A DNA stretch of 64,000 bases from Candidatus Krumholzibacteriota bacterium. Its GTDB lineage: Bacteria > Krumholzibacteriota > Krumholzibacteriia > JAJRXK01. The position numbers and the translations under genes were made by a program. The notes under the pieces are model-generated. The model did not search any database, was not told where the DNA came from, and saw only the letters and a list, made by a program, of their open reading frames with translations. Positions 18,311 through 31,496 of the stretch are shown here, piece after piece. The first letter of the stretch is position 1. Every line of letters begins with the position of its first letter. The stretch lies in the NCBI GenBank assembly GCA_963806035.1, contig CAWDWO010000032.1, forward strand, positions 33,243-97,242, read 5' to 3'.

Positions 18311-20785
18311 TCACGCGAGGTGCGAGCGCCGTCGGAGGTTCCGCACGAGGAGGGAGCCTACGAGCAGGACGAAGACGGCGAGAGCGAGGAGCCGGGCCCG
18401 ATCGTGGTCCGGCTCTTCGTGTCTTGCAAGCGCGAGCACCGGTTCGGTCGCCACCCCGGCCAAAACGAAGGCCGAGCGATCGCGGTGCAAAAACCCCTCT
18501 TCGCGCAGACGCGTACGCGCCGTCTTCATGGCCATCGCGCGATTCTGGCCGGATCCGAGCGCGGAGTAGAACTCCTCCATGAAATGCCGCGCCGCGCCGT
18601 CCTCCACGTCCCAACGCGACATGACCACGCTGCGCGCGCCCGCCACGAAGAAGGAGCGCATCAAGCCCAGGGTCCCCTCGCCCACGTAGCTCAGTCCACC
18701 TCCGGTGCGACATCCGCTCAGGGTGACCAGGTCGGCGTGGAAGGGATGGGCCTCGATCTCGCCCGCGGTGAGCCGGTCGTCCTCGCCGCCCGCCAAGAGC
18801 AGCGCCGACTGTTCGGGGTAGACCGGATCGACCACCGCGTGCGTGGCGAAGTGCAGAACTCCCAGGTCACGATCGATGAGTTGCAGAAACTGACTCTTGG
18901 AGGCCTCCGCACCCATGAGGGAGTGCCCGCGTCCCCGCGTGATCGTGCGCGCTTCCTCGCGCGCCTGCGGCAGGGGCAGGCCCAGGACGTCCCGGAAGCG
19001 GGTGAGGGCCAGCGAGCTTTCCTTCGAGAGATCGAAAGTGGGATCGGCGAAAGCGTACACGCCCTCGCTGGGCGCAAGCCGATTCTCCAAGGCGTCCCAG
19101 GTGGTGGCCGAAGGAACCAGGGCGGTGGCGTAGTGTTCGCCGAGGACCCGCTGGCTCCCCTCGCTCTGATACCGCAAGGCATCGAGCGGAAGATCGCTCA
19201 AGCTGCCCGGTAGGGAAAACAGCACACCGCGTCCGTCCTCGGGTAAATCTGCCACCAAAGGTCCCACCAGGGCATCGCCCAGTCGTGTCAAAGGCGGGTC
19301 GCAGAGCTCGTCGGGCGAGCCCTTGGCCATGTGGTAGTTGGCGATCTCCAGATCGGCCATCAGGGAGTGGGGAACCGCGAGCCGCACCACCTTGATGCCC
19401 TCACTACTCACGATGAAGGCGAAGCTGGCGCCGGCCAGACTCTCGGACAGATGCACGTAGACCGCCCCCGATTCGCCCAGCCTCTCCTGTAGACTGCCAA
19501 GTTCGAGGATCGCGGCCTCGGTGCTCTCTGGCGCGAGCTGTTCGCGCAGCAGCCAGGCCCGCCCGCGTTCGGCCACCGCCCAGGCCTCCTCCACCTTACC
19601 CTGGCGCAAGAGACAGTCGGCCAGGTCGCGATGGGCCAGACCACCGCGGCGGTAGAGGCCCATGCGCGTGACTTCGTCCGGAGCTTGGGCGCGCAGACTC
19701 TCCAGAATGGTCAGAGTCTCCTCTAGATAAGACTTGGCGTCCTCGAGACGATCCGATTCGAGGTAGGCGGCTCCGATGAGATTGCGCACCGGCAACGCGT
19801 CGAACTCCTCGCCGGCCGCCTCGCGCTGGGCGAGGACCTTGCGCAGCTCACTCAGGGCCTCCGCCCCGTGACCGGTCTCCACCAGCACTTCGCCGCGGAT
19901 CATGCGCACCATGAGAAGCTGTTGGCGGTTGTCCATTTCCTTCCACAGGGCGAGAGCGGAATCGACGTCGGCCAGGGCGAGCTCGACCGGCTCGCCGCGC
20001 AGCATCTTGAGGCGGCCGCGGTTGGCCAGGGCGGTGGCGATGAGGTCCTTCTGGCCGAGTTTGTAGGCCATCGCCGCCCCCGCTTCGAAGGAAGCCAGGG
20101 CCTCCTCGCTGCGCTGCATCTCCAGCAAAACCAGTCCGCGCAGGACGTAGACGCTGCCCAAGCCGCGGTCGAATTGCGCGTCCTCGAAGCAGACCTTCGC
20201 CGAATCGATGGCCGCCGAGGCCTCGGGCAGACGGTTCAAGTTCATGAAGCAGTTGGCGATGTTGTTCCAGGCGATTCCCTCGCCGCGGCGGTCATTCTTG
20301 TCGTGGCGCAGGACGACGAGTTCGTGGAAGAGCTGGATTCCGCGCGCATAGTCGCCGGCCTGACTCACTCCCACCGCGTTCATGTTGAGCAGGGCCATGA
20401 TCTGCGGGGTGGACTCGGCGGCGCGGGCGGCCTTCAGACCCTCTTCCCACAGCGCGCGCGCGTGTTCCATCTCTCCGTGGCGGAAAGAGAGCAGTCCGGC
20501 GATCTCCAGCAGCTTGGAGCGCAGGCTGTCCTGTTCACCGCGGGCCAGCCGCGGCTCGAGCGACTCCAGGCGCTTGGCCAACGCGCTCGCGCTCTCGGGA
20601 TCCAGATCGGGCCGGTACTCCGCCAGAGCTTCGCTCGCCTCTTCGTCGAGGTCCTGGGCCAGCACGAACGACCAGCCGCCGAAGAGACAGCACACGAGAA
20701 GGAAAGCGGCGGCGAGATGGCGCTGCAGCTGCGGACACGCCGCGCGTGGAGCCAAAAACGAGATCGAGTAGAGATCCATGGGCAC
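18311..20785 (-). CDS. TPR-CHAT (caspase-like) protease, with signal peptide and C-terminal TM anchor
   Basis: N-terminal hydrophobic signal (..SFVLA/QD); TPR repeats; E..AERGRA; intact dyad motifs LHFATHA and VTLSGCRTG; AGARSVV.SRWDVED; C-terminal LLALAVFVLLVGSLLV-RNLRRR. Confidence 0.9.
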   Translation of the reverse strand: MPMDLYSISFLAPRAACPQLQRHLAAAFLLVCCLFGGWSFVLAQDLDEEASEALAEYRPDLDPESASALAKRLESLEPRLARGEQDSLRSKLLEIAGLLSFRHGEMEHARALWEEGLKAARAAESTPQIMALLNMNAVGVSQAGDYARGIQLFHELVVLRHDKNDRRGEGIAWNNIANCFMNLNRLPEASAAIDSAKVCFEDAQFDRGLGSVYVLRGLVLLEMQRSEEALASFEAGAAMAYKLGQKDLIATALANRGRLKMLRGEPVELALADVDSALALWKEMDNRQQLLMVRMIRGEVLVETGHGAEALSELRKVLAQREAAGEEFDALPVRNLIGAAYLESDRLEDAKSYLEETLTILESLRAQAPDEVTRMGLYRRGGLAHRDLADCLLRQGKVEEAWAVAERGRAWLLREQLAPESTEAAILELGSLQERLGESGAVYVHLSESLAGASFAFIVSSEGIKVVRLAVPHSLMADLEIANYHMAKGSPDELCDPPLTRLGDALVGPLVADLPEDGRGVLFSLPGSLSDLPLDALRYQSEGSQRVLGEHYATALVPSATTWDALENRLAPSEGVYAFADPTFDLSKESSLALTRFRDVLGLPLPQAREEARTITRGRGHSLMGAEASKSQFLQLIDRDLGVLHFATHAVVDPVYPEQSALLLAGGEDDRLTAGEIEAHPFHADLVTLSGCRTGGGLSYVGEGTLGLMRSFFVAGARSVVMSRWDVEDGAARHFMEEFYSALGSGQNRAMAMKTARTRLREEGFLHRDRSAFVLAGVATEPVLALARHEEPDHDRARLLALAVFVLLVGSLLVRNLRRRSHLA

Positions 20786-20913
20786 CTACGCAAGGGGCGG
20801 GCAAGGTGGGAACCGCGCGAAGTGTAGCACGTCCGCACGCGCGGGGGCGAAGAAGAAACGCAATTGCCCGCTAGCTGCTTTCTTGGCGCATCTGCTAGCA
20901 TCGGCCACCGAGC

Positions 20914-20947
20914 CGCGAGAGATTTTTCCCTGGGCGAAACATTCAGG
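20914..20947 (+). promoter_or_regulatory. Candidate autoregulatory ECF promoter (copy 2), abutting the sigma ATG
   Basis: cgcgagagatttttccctgggcgaaacattcagg followed immediately by ATG; matches copy 1. Confidence 0.5.
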
Positions 20948-21487
20948 ATGGACCGCGCAACCAGCAACGCCGCCGCCGAACACTGGAGCCAGAGGCTCCG
21001 GGAGCGTTTCATGGAAGTCAGCGCGCGGCGCGTGCCGGCCGCCGAAGTGGAGGACCTGGTCCAGGAGGCCATGACCGTTGTCCTGTGCCGCGCGCAGCAG
21101 ATCGAGAGCGAACGGCTGGTGGAGGGACTCCCGCCGCTGGCCTGGTGCTTTCAAGTGCTGCGCAACACCATCGGCAATTTCTACCAGAGGAATGCGCGCG
21201 CGAAACAGGAGAGCGAATTGATCGAGCTGGCGAGCGTGAGCGCGGGTGGCACTCCGGCCGAGGCTCTCGAACAGAAGGAGCTGCTGCAGCGCTTGAACGA
21301 GGCGCTTCAGGAGCTGCGCGCGGGCGACCGACAATGCTGGGGTTTCTTGAGCCGTCTCGCCGATGGGGAGAAGCCGCGACGACTGGCTCAAGACGCCGGC
21401 CTGAGCGAGGCGGTGCTCTACCGTCGCCTCTATCGTTGCCGTCAGAAGTTTCGCCGTCTCCTCGAAGAGAGAGGGGTGCGAGTGTGA
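20948..21487 (+). CDS. ECF-type RNA polymerase sigma-70 factor
   Basis: Region 2 (AEVEDLVQEA...WCFQVLRN) and region 4 HTH (LAQDAGLSEAVLYRRLYRCRQKFRRLL). Confidence 0.85.
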   Translation: MDRATSNAAAEHWSQRLRERFMEVSARRVPAAEVEDLVQEAMTVVLCRAQQIESERLVEGLPPLAWCFQVLRNTIGNFYQRNARAKQESELIELASVSAGGTPAEALEQKELLQRLNEALQELRAGDRQCWGFLSRLADGEKPRRLAQDAGLSEAVLYRRLYRCRQKFRRLLEERGVRV

Positions 21488-22123
21488 AGGACAACAAGCA
21501 GCTGCCGGAGCGCTTGGAGAGAGCAAACGAACTCAGCGAGGAGCAGGGCGCGCGACTCCTGGCCTATCGCGCAGGCAGCATGAGCGCGGGCGAGCAGCGA
21601 GACTTCGAGCAGGAGTTACTGGATTCTCCGCGAGCTGGCGCGCGCGTTCTATGAGGCCGAAGGGCTGGACGCGGTGCTGCGCGCGGGGCAGCCCTTTGCC
21701 AAGAGACGCTGGCGGCGTTTACCGAGGCGTCTGCTCATCCCGCTGGCGGCGGCGGCGATTCTGGCGGTGGCGCTGCTGCCCCATCCCTCCCTGCGCACTC
21801 CTCTCGAGCCGGCGCCGGTGTACCGCGGAGAGCAGGGCGAACTCCAGGCCCTCGCTCCGGTGGGCAGCGTGGCCACGCCGCAGCTCGAGTTCCGCTGGAG
21901 CAGCTTCCCCGAGGCCCTGCGCTACCGGGTGGAGGTCTTCGACGCCGATTCGCACGAGGTCTTTCAGCTGGTGAGCCAGGACACCAGTGCGGTGGTCGAC
22001 GCTTCGCAGCTGTCCGAGATGGGGAGCGGCGCCGGTTTCTGGCGCGTCACCGCGCTCGGCGAGCTCGACACCCAGCTCACCCGCTCGGCCCCGGCGCCCT
22101 TGCGCCTGGTCGCGGGAAACTGA
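21484..22123 (+). CDS. Putative membrane anti-sigma factor; +1 frameshift near 21631
   Basis: GTGA overlap with the sigma stop. N-terminal LLAYRAGSMS..EQRDFEQELL resembles a ZAS-like helix without Cys. Removing one C gives ELARAFYEAEGLDAVLRA, then a TM (LLIPLAAAAILAVALL), a VYRG motif and a beta-rich Ig/Fn3-like domain (FRW....A.RY.VEVFD...WRVTAL). Confidence 0.7.
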
Positions 22124-22195
22124 AGAGACGCCGCCGCGCGTTTCGTGACCCGCCCCAGCTGGCCCCGCGTCTTTTGTCCCGCAGCTTCGTCGCGC

Positions 22196-23908
<1,713 letters not shown>

Positions 23909-24159
23909 GATGGGATGGCTTCTTGGAAAACGGCCTCGAAATGGCGGCGGGGCGGGCGTTCTTCGAGCGCGCGCGGCCGCGTGGAGGCCACAGACTAATC
24001 TCCACGCCGCGCGCTGTCCAGGGGGCGCCAATGCGCGCGTGCCGCCGGTTTACACCCTTTGTTCGGGCTGTGCCCCGCAGGCTCACAGGCGCTCGCGGCG
24101 CGCGCCGTGGCTTGCGCCCGTCGCCCCGTTTTATATACTTCACGCTCCATGGCATCAGT

Positions 24160-24235
24160 GGCCCCTTCGTCTAGTGGCCTAGGACGCCTGGTTCTCAGCC
24201 AGGTAACAGGGGTTCGATTCCCCTAGGGGCTGCCA
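24160..24235 (+). tRNA. tRNA-Glu(CUC)
   Basis: GGCCCCT..CCTGG-TT-CTC-AG-CCAGG..AGGGG-TTCGATT-CCCCT-AGGGGCT-G-CCA. Confidence 0.95.
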
Positions 24236-24239
24236 ATTC

Positions 24240-24276
24240 GAGAGCCCTCCGCGGCACGCGGGGGGCTCTCTTTTTG
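24240..24276 (+). terminator. Intrinsic terminator after tRNA-Glu
   Basis: gagagccctccgcg..cgcggggggctctc followed by a T-tract. Confidence 0.85.
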
Positions 24277-24485
24277 CCCGCTGCATTGCGCACGGCCCCG
24301 CGAGCGGGGTCACTTCGGCCTGGCTCCATCGGCCGCCCCGGCCCGACCCTTCGTGCCATCGCGCTCCACGCCGGGGAAAGCCGCGCCCGCCGCCGCCGCC
24401 CGTGCCCTGCGGCGGCACGGACTCTGCTCCACCCTAGGGCTACCAGAGTACCTGCCGAGTGCCCCGATGCAGATCGGGAGCTAGC

Positions 24486-25346
24486 GTGAACATCGTCCAT
24501 TACCTGCCCGCCCTGGGCCTGGGTGCTTTGACCATGGCACTCGCGGTCCTCTTGCGCGGCGTCGTCGGCGTGCACCGCCGCCGCCAACGTGAACAGGAGC
24601 AGCTGGATCTGGCCACCCTGGCCGAGAGCCGCGGATTGAGCCCCCAGGAACAGCGCCTGCCCCGTTCGCTGGTGGATGCCGCTTCCACTCTGGGTGGCAA
24701 GGGCCGCGAGGGGGGACTCTCCTGCGTCCTGCGCGGGAGCGACGGCCTGGGCAGCTACTATCTCTGCCGCCGGCGCACGAGTCATGGCTCGCAGCAGGCC
24801 GTCCTTTTCGAAAACAAACTGCTCACCCTGCGTGGACTGCGGATCTCTCCGGTCAACCAGAGCGGGAGCCGCTGGCAAACCCTCAAGCGCAAGCTGCGCC
24901 ACGAGAGCCCGCCCGGCTTCGCCCTGCGGATGGAATGGGAATGCGAGACGGACAGCGTGGACCAGCGCTCGGTCCTGATGGCGCAGGCGCTCTATTTGTT
25001 GATGGCGGACGCGCGCGAAGTCGTGGAACCGCTGTCCATTCATTTACAGGTGGAGGATCAGAGGATCGCGATCCACGCGCGCCGTCCGCTCAGCGGGGAC
25101 GCTCTGCGCGTGTTCACGGATGTCGCGATCGAGTTGCGCCGGCTGGTGGCCGAGGTTCCGCGCAGCAGCGGGGCCCTGCGTCTCTCGCCGGGCGAGAGCG
25201 GCGCCGTCAAACCGACCGAGAGCGAGATCACGCGCGCGGTGCGCATGACCGAGTTCCCGGCCACTCGCAGCGGCGCCGCGGTGCCCTACGGCAGCTTGGC
25301 GACGGTGCGGGAGACTCCGCCGGCCAAAGTGCCTAGCGCCACTTGA
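24486..25346 (+). CDS. Hypothetical membrane-anchored protein
   Basis: Long ORF with an N-terminal TM and plausible codon usage; no recognised motif. Confidence 0.6.
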   Translation: MNIVHYLPALGLGALTMALAVLLRGVVGVHRRRQREQEQLDLATLAESRGLSPQEQRLPRSLVDAASTLGGKGREGGLSCVLRGSDGLGSYYLCRRRTSHGSQQAVLFENKLLTLRGLRISPVNQSGSRWQTLKRKLRHESPPGFALRMEWECETDSVDQRSVLMAQALYLLMADAREVVEPLSIHLQVEDQRIAIHARRPLSGDALRVFTDVAIELRRLVAEVPRSSGALRLSPGESGAVKPTESEITRAVRMTEFPATRSGAAVPYGSLATVRETPPAKVPSAT

Positions 25347-26052
25347 GCAGCAGGGTCTTGGGATCGAGTTCGATGTGCAGGTCGGCCACGTCGGGATTCT
25401 CGTGGTCCTTGACGAGTTGCAGCCGCACCTCGTTGCCCTTGGAGACCAGGCGCACCACCACCGAGAGGTACTCCAGGTAGGGCTGCAGGCGCAGCGGCAC
25501 TCCCAGTTCGTCGCGCTCATCCTCGCGGTGACCCTGCGCGGAGATCCAGATCTGGGTCTCGCTCTCCTGGGCCATCTTCTTGACCGCGGTGAGACTCTCG
25601 GTGAGCTCGTCGGGACCCAGCTGTTCCCAGGCGGGGAAGCCGTCCAGGATGATGCAGCTGGGCACGAAGTCGATGTGCTCCTTCATGTAGATCATGGCCT
25701 GCTGGAGGCGCTCCAGGCTGAAGGAGCCGTGCAGGAAGCTGTGGATCATGCGGCGGCGTTCCACCTGCAGGTGCACTTCGGTGCGGTCCTCCAGCCCCGT
25801 TCCCTGCGCGAGATCGCGGAAGACTTCCTCGTAGTACTCGCGCACCCGCTCCGCGGTGTGCTCGGTGTCGACGTGGAGGACTTTCTCCCCGCCCATGCAG
25901 ACGTCCAAGCCCACGTCCACCAGAAAGGCGGTCTTGCCCACCCCGGCGCGGCTCATGACCAGGCCGATGTTGCCCCGACCCAGGCCGCCGTGGATGGAGC
26001 GCTCGAAGACCCTCAGAGGGCTCCGGTTCTTGAGATCCTTGCCGTAGATCAT
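25333..26052 (-). CDS. Single-domain RecA/KaiC/DnaB-like P-loop ATPase
   Basis: GGLGRGNIGLVMSRAGVGKT (Walker A), CIILDG (Walker B) and IWISAQ. Confidence 0.75.
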   Translation of the reverse strand: MIYGKDLKNRSPLRVFERSIHGGLGRGNIGLVMSRAGVGKTAFLVDVGLDVCMGGEKVLHVDTEHTAERVREYYEEVFRDLAQGTGLEDRTEVHLQVERRRMIHSFLHGSFSLERLQQAMIYMKEHIDFVPSCIILDGFPAWEQLGPDELTESLTAVKKMAQESETQIWISAQGHREDERDELGVPLRLQPYLEYLSVVVRLVSKGNEVRLQLVKDHENPDVADLHIELDPKTLLLKWR

Positions 26053-26064
26053 GCGAAGACTCCT

Positions 26065-26124
26065 GTCGGCCAGCTCTTGGTCGGCTGGCTCTTGGTCGCC
26101 TGGCTTTCGGTCGCCTAGCTCTTC
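26065..26124. repeat. 15-bp tandem repeat x4 spanning the fusA stop
   Basis: gtcggccagctcttg / gtcggctggctcttg / gtcgcctggctttcg / gtcgcctagctcttc. Confidence 0.8.
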
Positions 26125-28217
26125 CCGGCGGCGCGTTTCTCCAGCCACTTGGCCCTGAGTTCCTCGGCCACTTCCTGCGGCGCCTTGCCGTAGCGTTTGA
26201 ACTCCATGCTGAACTCGGCCTTGCCCTGGGTGCTGCTGCGCAGAATCGTGGCATAACCGAACATTTCGCTCAAGGGGACCTCGGCGTCGATGCGCACGAA
26301 GCCCGCGTCCTCGGTGGTGCCCACGATCATGCCGCGGCGCTGCATCACCGTGGCCAGGATCTCGCCCTGGAACTCCGAGGGTCCCTCGACCGAGACCAGC
26401 ATGATGGGCTCCAGGGCGACCGGCTTGCACTTGAGGTAGTTTTCGCGGAACGCGCCCCTGGCCGCGGCCTGGAAGGCGGTGTCGCTACTGTCGACCGCGT
26501 GGTAGGCGCCGTCCTTCAGGTCGACCTTGATTCCCACCACCGGGTAACCGATGTACTCGCCGCGGTCCAAAGAAGCCCGGAAGCCCTTCTCCACCGCGCT
26601 GATGTACTCGGAGGGAATGCGTCCGCCCACCACGTGGTTCTCGAAGAGGAATTCGCCTTCCTCTTCCTGCGGTCCCAGGGTTCCCACCACGCGACCGTAC
26701 TGGCCGCTGCCTCCGGTCTGCTTCTTGTGCACGTAGTCGAAATCCACCGACTGGGTGATCGTCTCGCGGAAGGCGACCTGGGGCGCGCCGGTTTCGACTT
26801 CGGCCCGGAATTCGCGCTTCATGCGTTCGACGTAGACTTCCAGATGCAGCTCGCCCATGCCGGCGATGATGGTGTCGCCCGTCTCCTCGTCGGTGCCGGC
26901 GCGGAAAGTGGGATCTTCCTTGGTGAAACGCGCCAGGGCCTTGGCCAGATTTTGCTGGGCGTTGTTGTCCTTGGGAGTGATGGCCAGCTTGATCACCGGC
27001 TCGGGCACGTGCATCGAGCTCATGGAGGCCTCGAAGCTGCCGTCGGTGAAGGTGTCGCCGCTGGCGCAGTCCACGCCGAAGAGGGCCACGATGTCGCCGG
27101 CCTGGGTACCTTCGATGTCCTCCATCTGGTCGGCGTGCATGCGCACCAGGCGGCCCACCTTGACGCGATTCCCGCTGCGCATGTTCACGATGGTGTCGCC
27201 CTTTTTCAGGGTGCCCTGGTAGACGCGCAGGTAGGTGAGCTGCCCGTAGGGGCTCACCTCCAGCTTGAAGGCCAGGGAGAGCAGGGGCTTGTCCGGCGAG
27301 ACCTCGACCGGGAAAGTGACTTCCTCGCCCTTCTCGATGCGCACCGCCTCGTTCTGCACTTCGGTGGGATCGGGCAGATAGAGGGTGACCGCGTCCAAGA
27401 GCAACTGCACCCCGCGGTTCTTGTAGGCGCTACCCATGAACACCGGAGTGAGTTCGCGCGCGATGGTGGCGCGTCGCACCGCCTCGTGGATGAGCTCCTC
27501 GGTGACCTTGTCCTCCAGCATGGCTTCCATCAGCTCGTCGGAGTGCATGGAGGCCGCATCCAGCATCTGCTCGCGTCGCGCCTGCGCCTCGGGCAAGAGA
27601 CCGGCGGGAATTTCTTCCTCGCGCAGCTTCTCGCCGTTATCCCCGTCGAAGTAGATGGCCTTCATCTTCACCAGGTCGACCACGCCCTCGTGCTTCGCTT
27701 CCAGGCCGATGGGGATCTGCATCATCACCGCGTTGTGCTTGAGCTTCTCGCGCAGCTGCTCGGTCACCCGCATGGGGTTGGCCCCGGAACGGTCGCACTT
27801 GTTGATGAAGGCCAGGCGCGGCACGTTGTAGCGTCGCATCTGCCGGTCGACGGTGATCGACTGGCTCTGCACGCCGGCCACCGAGCACAGCACCAGCACC
27901 GCTCCGTCGAGCACGCGCAGGGCGCGCTCCACCTCGATGGTGAAGTCCACGTGGCCCGGGGTGTCGATGATGTTGATCTGGTGGTTCTTCCAGGTGCAGT
28001 AGGTGGCGGCGGAGGCGATGGTGATCCCACGCTCGCGCTCGAGTTCCATGGAGTCCATGGTCGCGCCGACGCCGTCCTTGCCCCGTACCTCGTGGATGGC
28101 GTGGATGCGTTGGGTATAAAAAAGGATTCTCTCGGTGAGGGTGGTTTTCCCCGAGTCGATGTGCGCGGAGATCCCGATGTTGCGGACCTTCGAGAGATCT
28201 GAAGTCACGGTGGACAC
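26115..28217 (-). CDS. fusA: Elongation factor G
   Basis: [44 protein letters not shown] and VPLSEMFGY. Confidence 0.97.
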   Translation of the reverse strand: MSTVTSDLSKVRNIGISAHIDSGKTTLTERILFYTQRIHAIHEVRGKDGVGATMDSMELERERGITIASAATYCTWKNHQINIIDTPGHVDFTIEVERALRVLDGAVLVLCSVAGVQSQSITVDRQMRRYNVPRLAFINKCDRSGANPMRVTEQLREKLKHNAVMMQIPIGLEAKHEGVVDLVKMKAIYFDGDNGEKLREEEIPAGLLPEAQARREQMLDAASMHSDELMEAMLEDKVTEELIHEAVRRATIARELTPVFMGSAYKNRGVQLLLDAVTLYLPDPTEVQNEAVRIEKGEEVTFPVEVSPDKPLLSLAFKLEVSPYGQLTYLRVYQGTLKKGDTIVNMRSGNRVKVGRLVRMHADQMEDIEGTQAGDIVALFGVDCASGDTFTDGSFEASMSSMHVPEPVIKLAITPKDNNAQQNLAKALARFTKEDPTFRAGTDEETGDTIIAGMGELHLEVYVERMKREFRAEVETGAPQVAFRETITQSVDFDYVHKKQTGGSGQYGRVVGTLGPQEEEGEFLFENHVVGGRIPSEYISAVEKGFRASLDRGEYIGYPVVGIKVDLKDGAYHAVDSSDTAFQAAARGAFRENYLKCKPVALEPIMLVSVEGPSEFQGEILATVMQRRGMIVGTTEDAGFVRIDAEVPLSEMFGYATILRSSTQGKAEFSMEFKRYGKAPQEVAEELRAKWLEKRAAGKS

Positions 28218-28337
28218 GGCGTCCTCCTACAGAGCCAAAAATTCTGCCGAAAAACCGGCGCAAGATAGGTCGATTTGAGGGCTTGGCAAGTTTTTCGACG
28301 ATCGAGGCGGGCCCACGCCACGCCCAGCCGCCCGGAT

Positions 28338-29824
28338 TCAGCGGCGCAGGACCTTCAGCAGGGTCCCCGCGGGGATCGAATCCTGGGGCTCATGGCCGTT
28401 CAAAAGAGCCAGGCCGCCGCTCCCCAGATCGACGTCCTCGGGAAGGGGCCAGGCCGCGACTTGCTCGCTGAAGGGAGCGTTGCGCGTGGTCTTGATGATG
28501 TGCAGGGTCACCGGCTTCAGGTTCAGAAGGGCCGGATCGCTGAGGGCAGCGAAACCCTGCGCCACATTTACGAAAGTAGAGCGAAAACGTTCGAAATCAC
28601 TGCTGGTGCTCAGACCATGAAAGATGAAGAGATGGTCGCCGCGGTTGATGAAGGTGGAGACCAGGCTCAAGGGGGTCTGCTGCTCGTCGCTGGCGTGCAG
28701 GGTGCCGAACTGCTGGATGGCGGGCCAGCCGCCGATGCTCAGGCTGCGGGTCTGTCCCACCGTGACTTCCGCCTTCTGGGCGAAGTCCCGCGCGGCGCTG
28801 GCGGGGTCCTGGGCCGCCTCGGCCCCGAAGAACACGGCCGCGTCGCCCTCCGGCGAGGCCATCTGCACCTGGCTGGAGGTGTTGACCACTTGCCAGCCGC
28901 CGGGCACCGGGAAGCGGAAGCGCAGCATGGGGTGCACGAACTCGTCCCCCTTCACCACCCCCTGGCGCGGGTCGGTCCCGAAGACGAGGCCCTCCAGCCG
29001 GCTCAGGTAGTTGTTGCGCTGCACCCGGAAGGGCCCCGGGAGCTTGCTCTGCCACTCCTGGGTCAGGGTGTTCACGGTCTGGTAGCGCTCGCCCGGATCG
29101 GGATGGGTACTGGTCCAGTTGGCCAGTCCGCTGCTGCCCCCGTAGAGAGAATCCAGAGTTTGGAAGAAGTCGGCCATCTCGTGGGTGTCGTAGTGCAGCT
29201 TGCTGGCGTACTCCACCCCCAAGCGGTCGGCCTGGCGCTCGTCGTCGCGGCTGTACTTGAGCATCAGGAGCTGCGCGGCCGCCCCGCCCAGCTGCGCGTA
29301 GTGGGCCACGGTGGAATTCAGCGCCGCGCCCAAGGAGAGTCCGGCCCCGATCAACACCTGCTTGGTGTACTGCTGCGCGCTGTGGCGCGCGGCCACGTGC
29401 CCCACCTCGTGCCCCATCACTCCGGCCAGGGCGGCCTGGTCGTTGAGGTAGGCCAGGATGCCGCGCGTGACGTAGACGTAACCGCCGGGCACGGCGAAGG
29501 CGTTCACCACCGAGTCGTCCAGGAGGCGAAACTGGAAACTCTCGTTGGGGACGTGACTCACCGGGATGATGCTCTGGCCCACGCTGTCCACGTAGGCGGC
29601 CAGCTGCTTGTCGTTCACCAGTCCGTACTGATCCACGATCTGCGTGTCGCTGCTCTCGCCCAGCGATTCCATCTGTGACTCGCTCATCAGCGAGATCTGA
29701 TGCTTGCCGGTGACGGGATTCACCGCGCAGGCCATGAGCAATGCGGGCAGCAAGAGGACGAAGAACCCGCTCCAGCGGGCGCGCTGCCACGCGGCGTCGC
29801 GAGCTGCGGGCTGGCTCAGGGAGT

Positions 29825-29828
<4 letters not shown>
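28338..29828 (-). CDS. M48 family zinc metalloprotease lipoprotein
   Basis: LMAC lipobox, NAFAVPGG, HEVGH, YSRDDERQAD and THP. Confidence 0.9.
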
Positions 29829-30985
<1,157 letters not shown>

Positions 30986-31062
30986 GATCGGGTCAGTATA
31001 GAGGGCACGGAGAATGCGGGCAAGATGGCGCGCGGGCGCGGGCGTGCTCGCCGGCGGGCGGC

Positions 31063-31491
31063 TCAGTGGTATTCGAAGGGGGGTTCCTGGTAGAGGATGC
31101 GTGGGGCGGGATGGGGGTCCCAGCCGTTCCGCGCGCGGTCGCGTTCACGGGCCCTTGCGTGCAGATCCTGCAACAATTCGCAGAAGGAGCGAAGATCCAC
31201 CCCCAAGTGGCTCGGACCGTAGGGCAGGAGTTTTTCGCGCGCCGCGGAGAGCAATCGCGCCGGGCCCTCGAAGCGGCCCCGATGGAGGTTGTGCAGGGCC
31301 GCCGCGGCCTGGATGATCCCCTGCAGGAAGAGCGCATCCTCTCCGGGTTCCTCCAGCCAGATCTCCTCCAGGGTCTCGTGGCATTCGAAGTAGAGGGCGT
31401 GATTGAATTGACCGACGGCCAGGGTGAGCGCCTTCTGCTTGCGCCGCTCGTGGTCGGGACGCGTGGGGCGGTGCGGTGCACTCGCAGCCAC
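31063..31491 (-). CDS. DUF309 family protein
   Basis: FN...YFECHE.LEEIW...FLQGIIQAAAALH pattern; start uncertain. Confidence 0.8.
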   Translation of the reverse strand: MAASAPHRPTRPDHERRKQKALTLAVGQFNHALYFECHETLEEIWLEEPGEDALFLQGIIQAAAALHNLHRGRFEGPARLLSAAREKLLPYGPSHLGVDLRSFCELLQDLHARARERDRARNGWDPHPAPRILYQEPPFEYH

Positions 31492-31496
31492 CGGCT

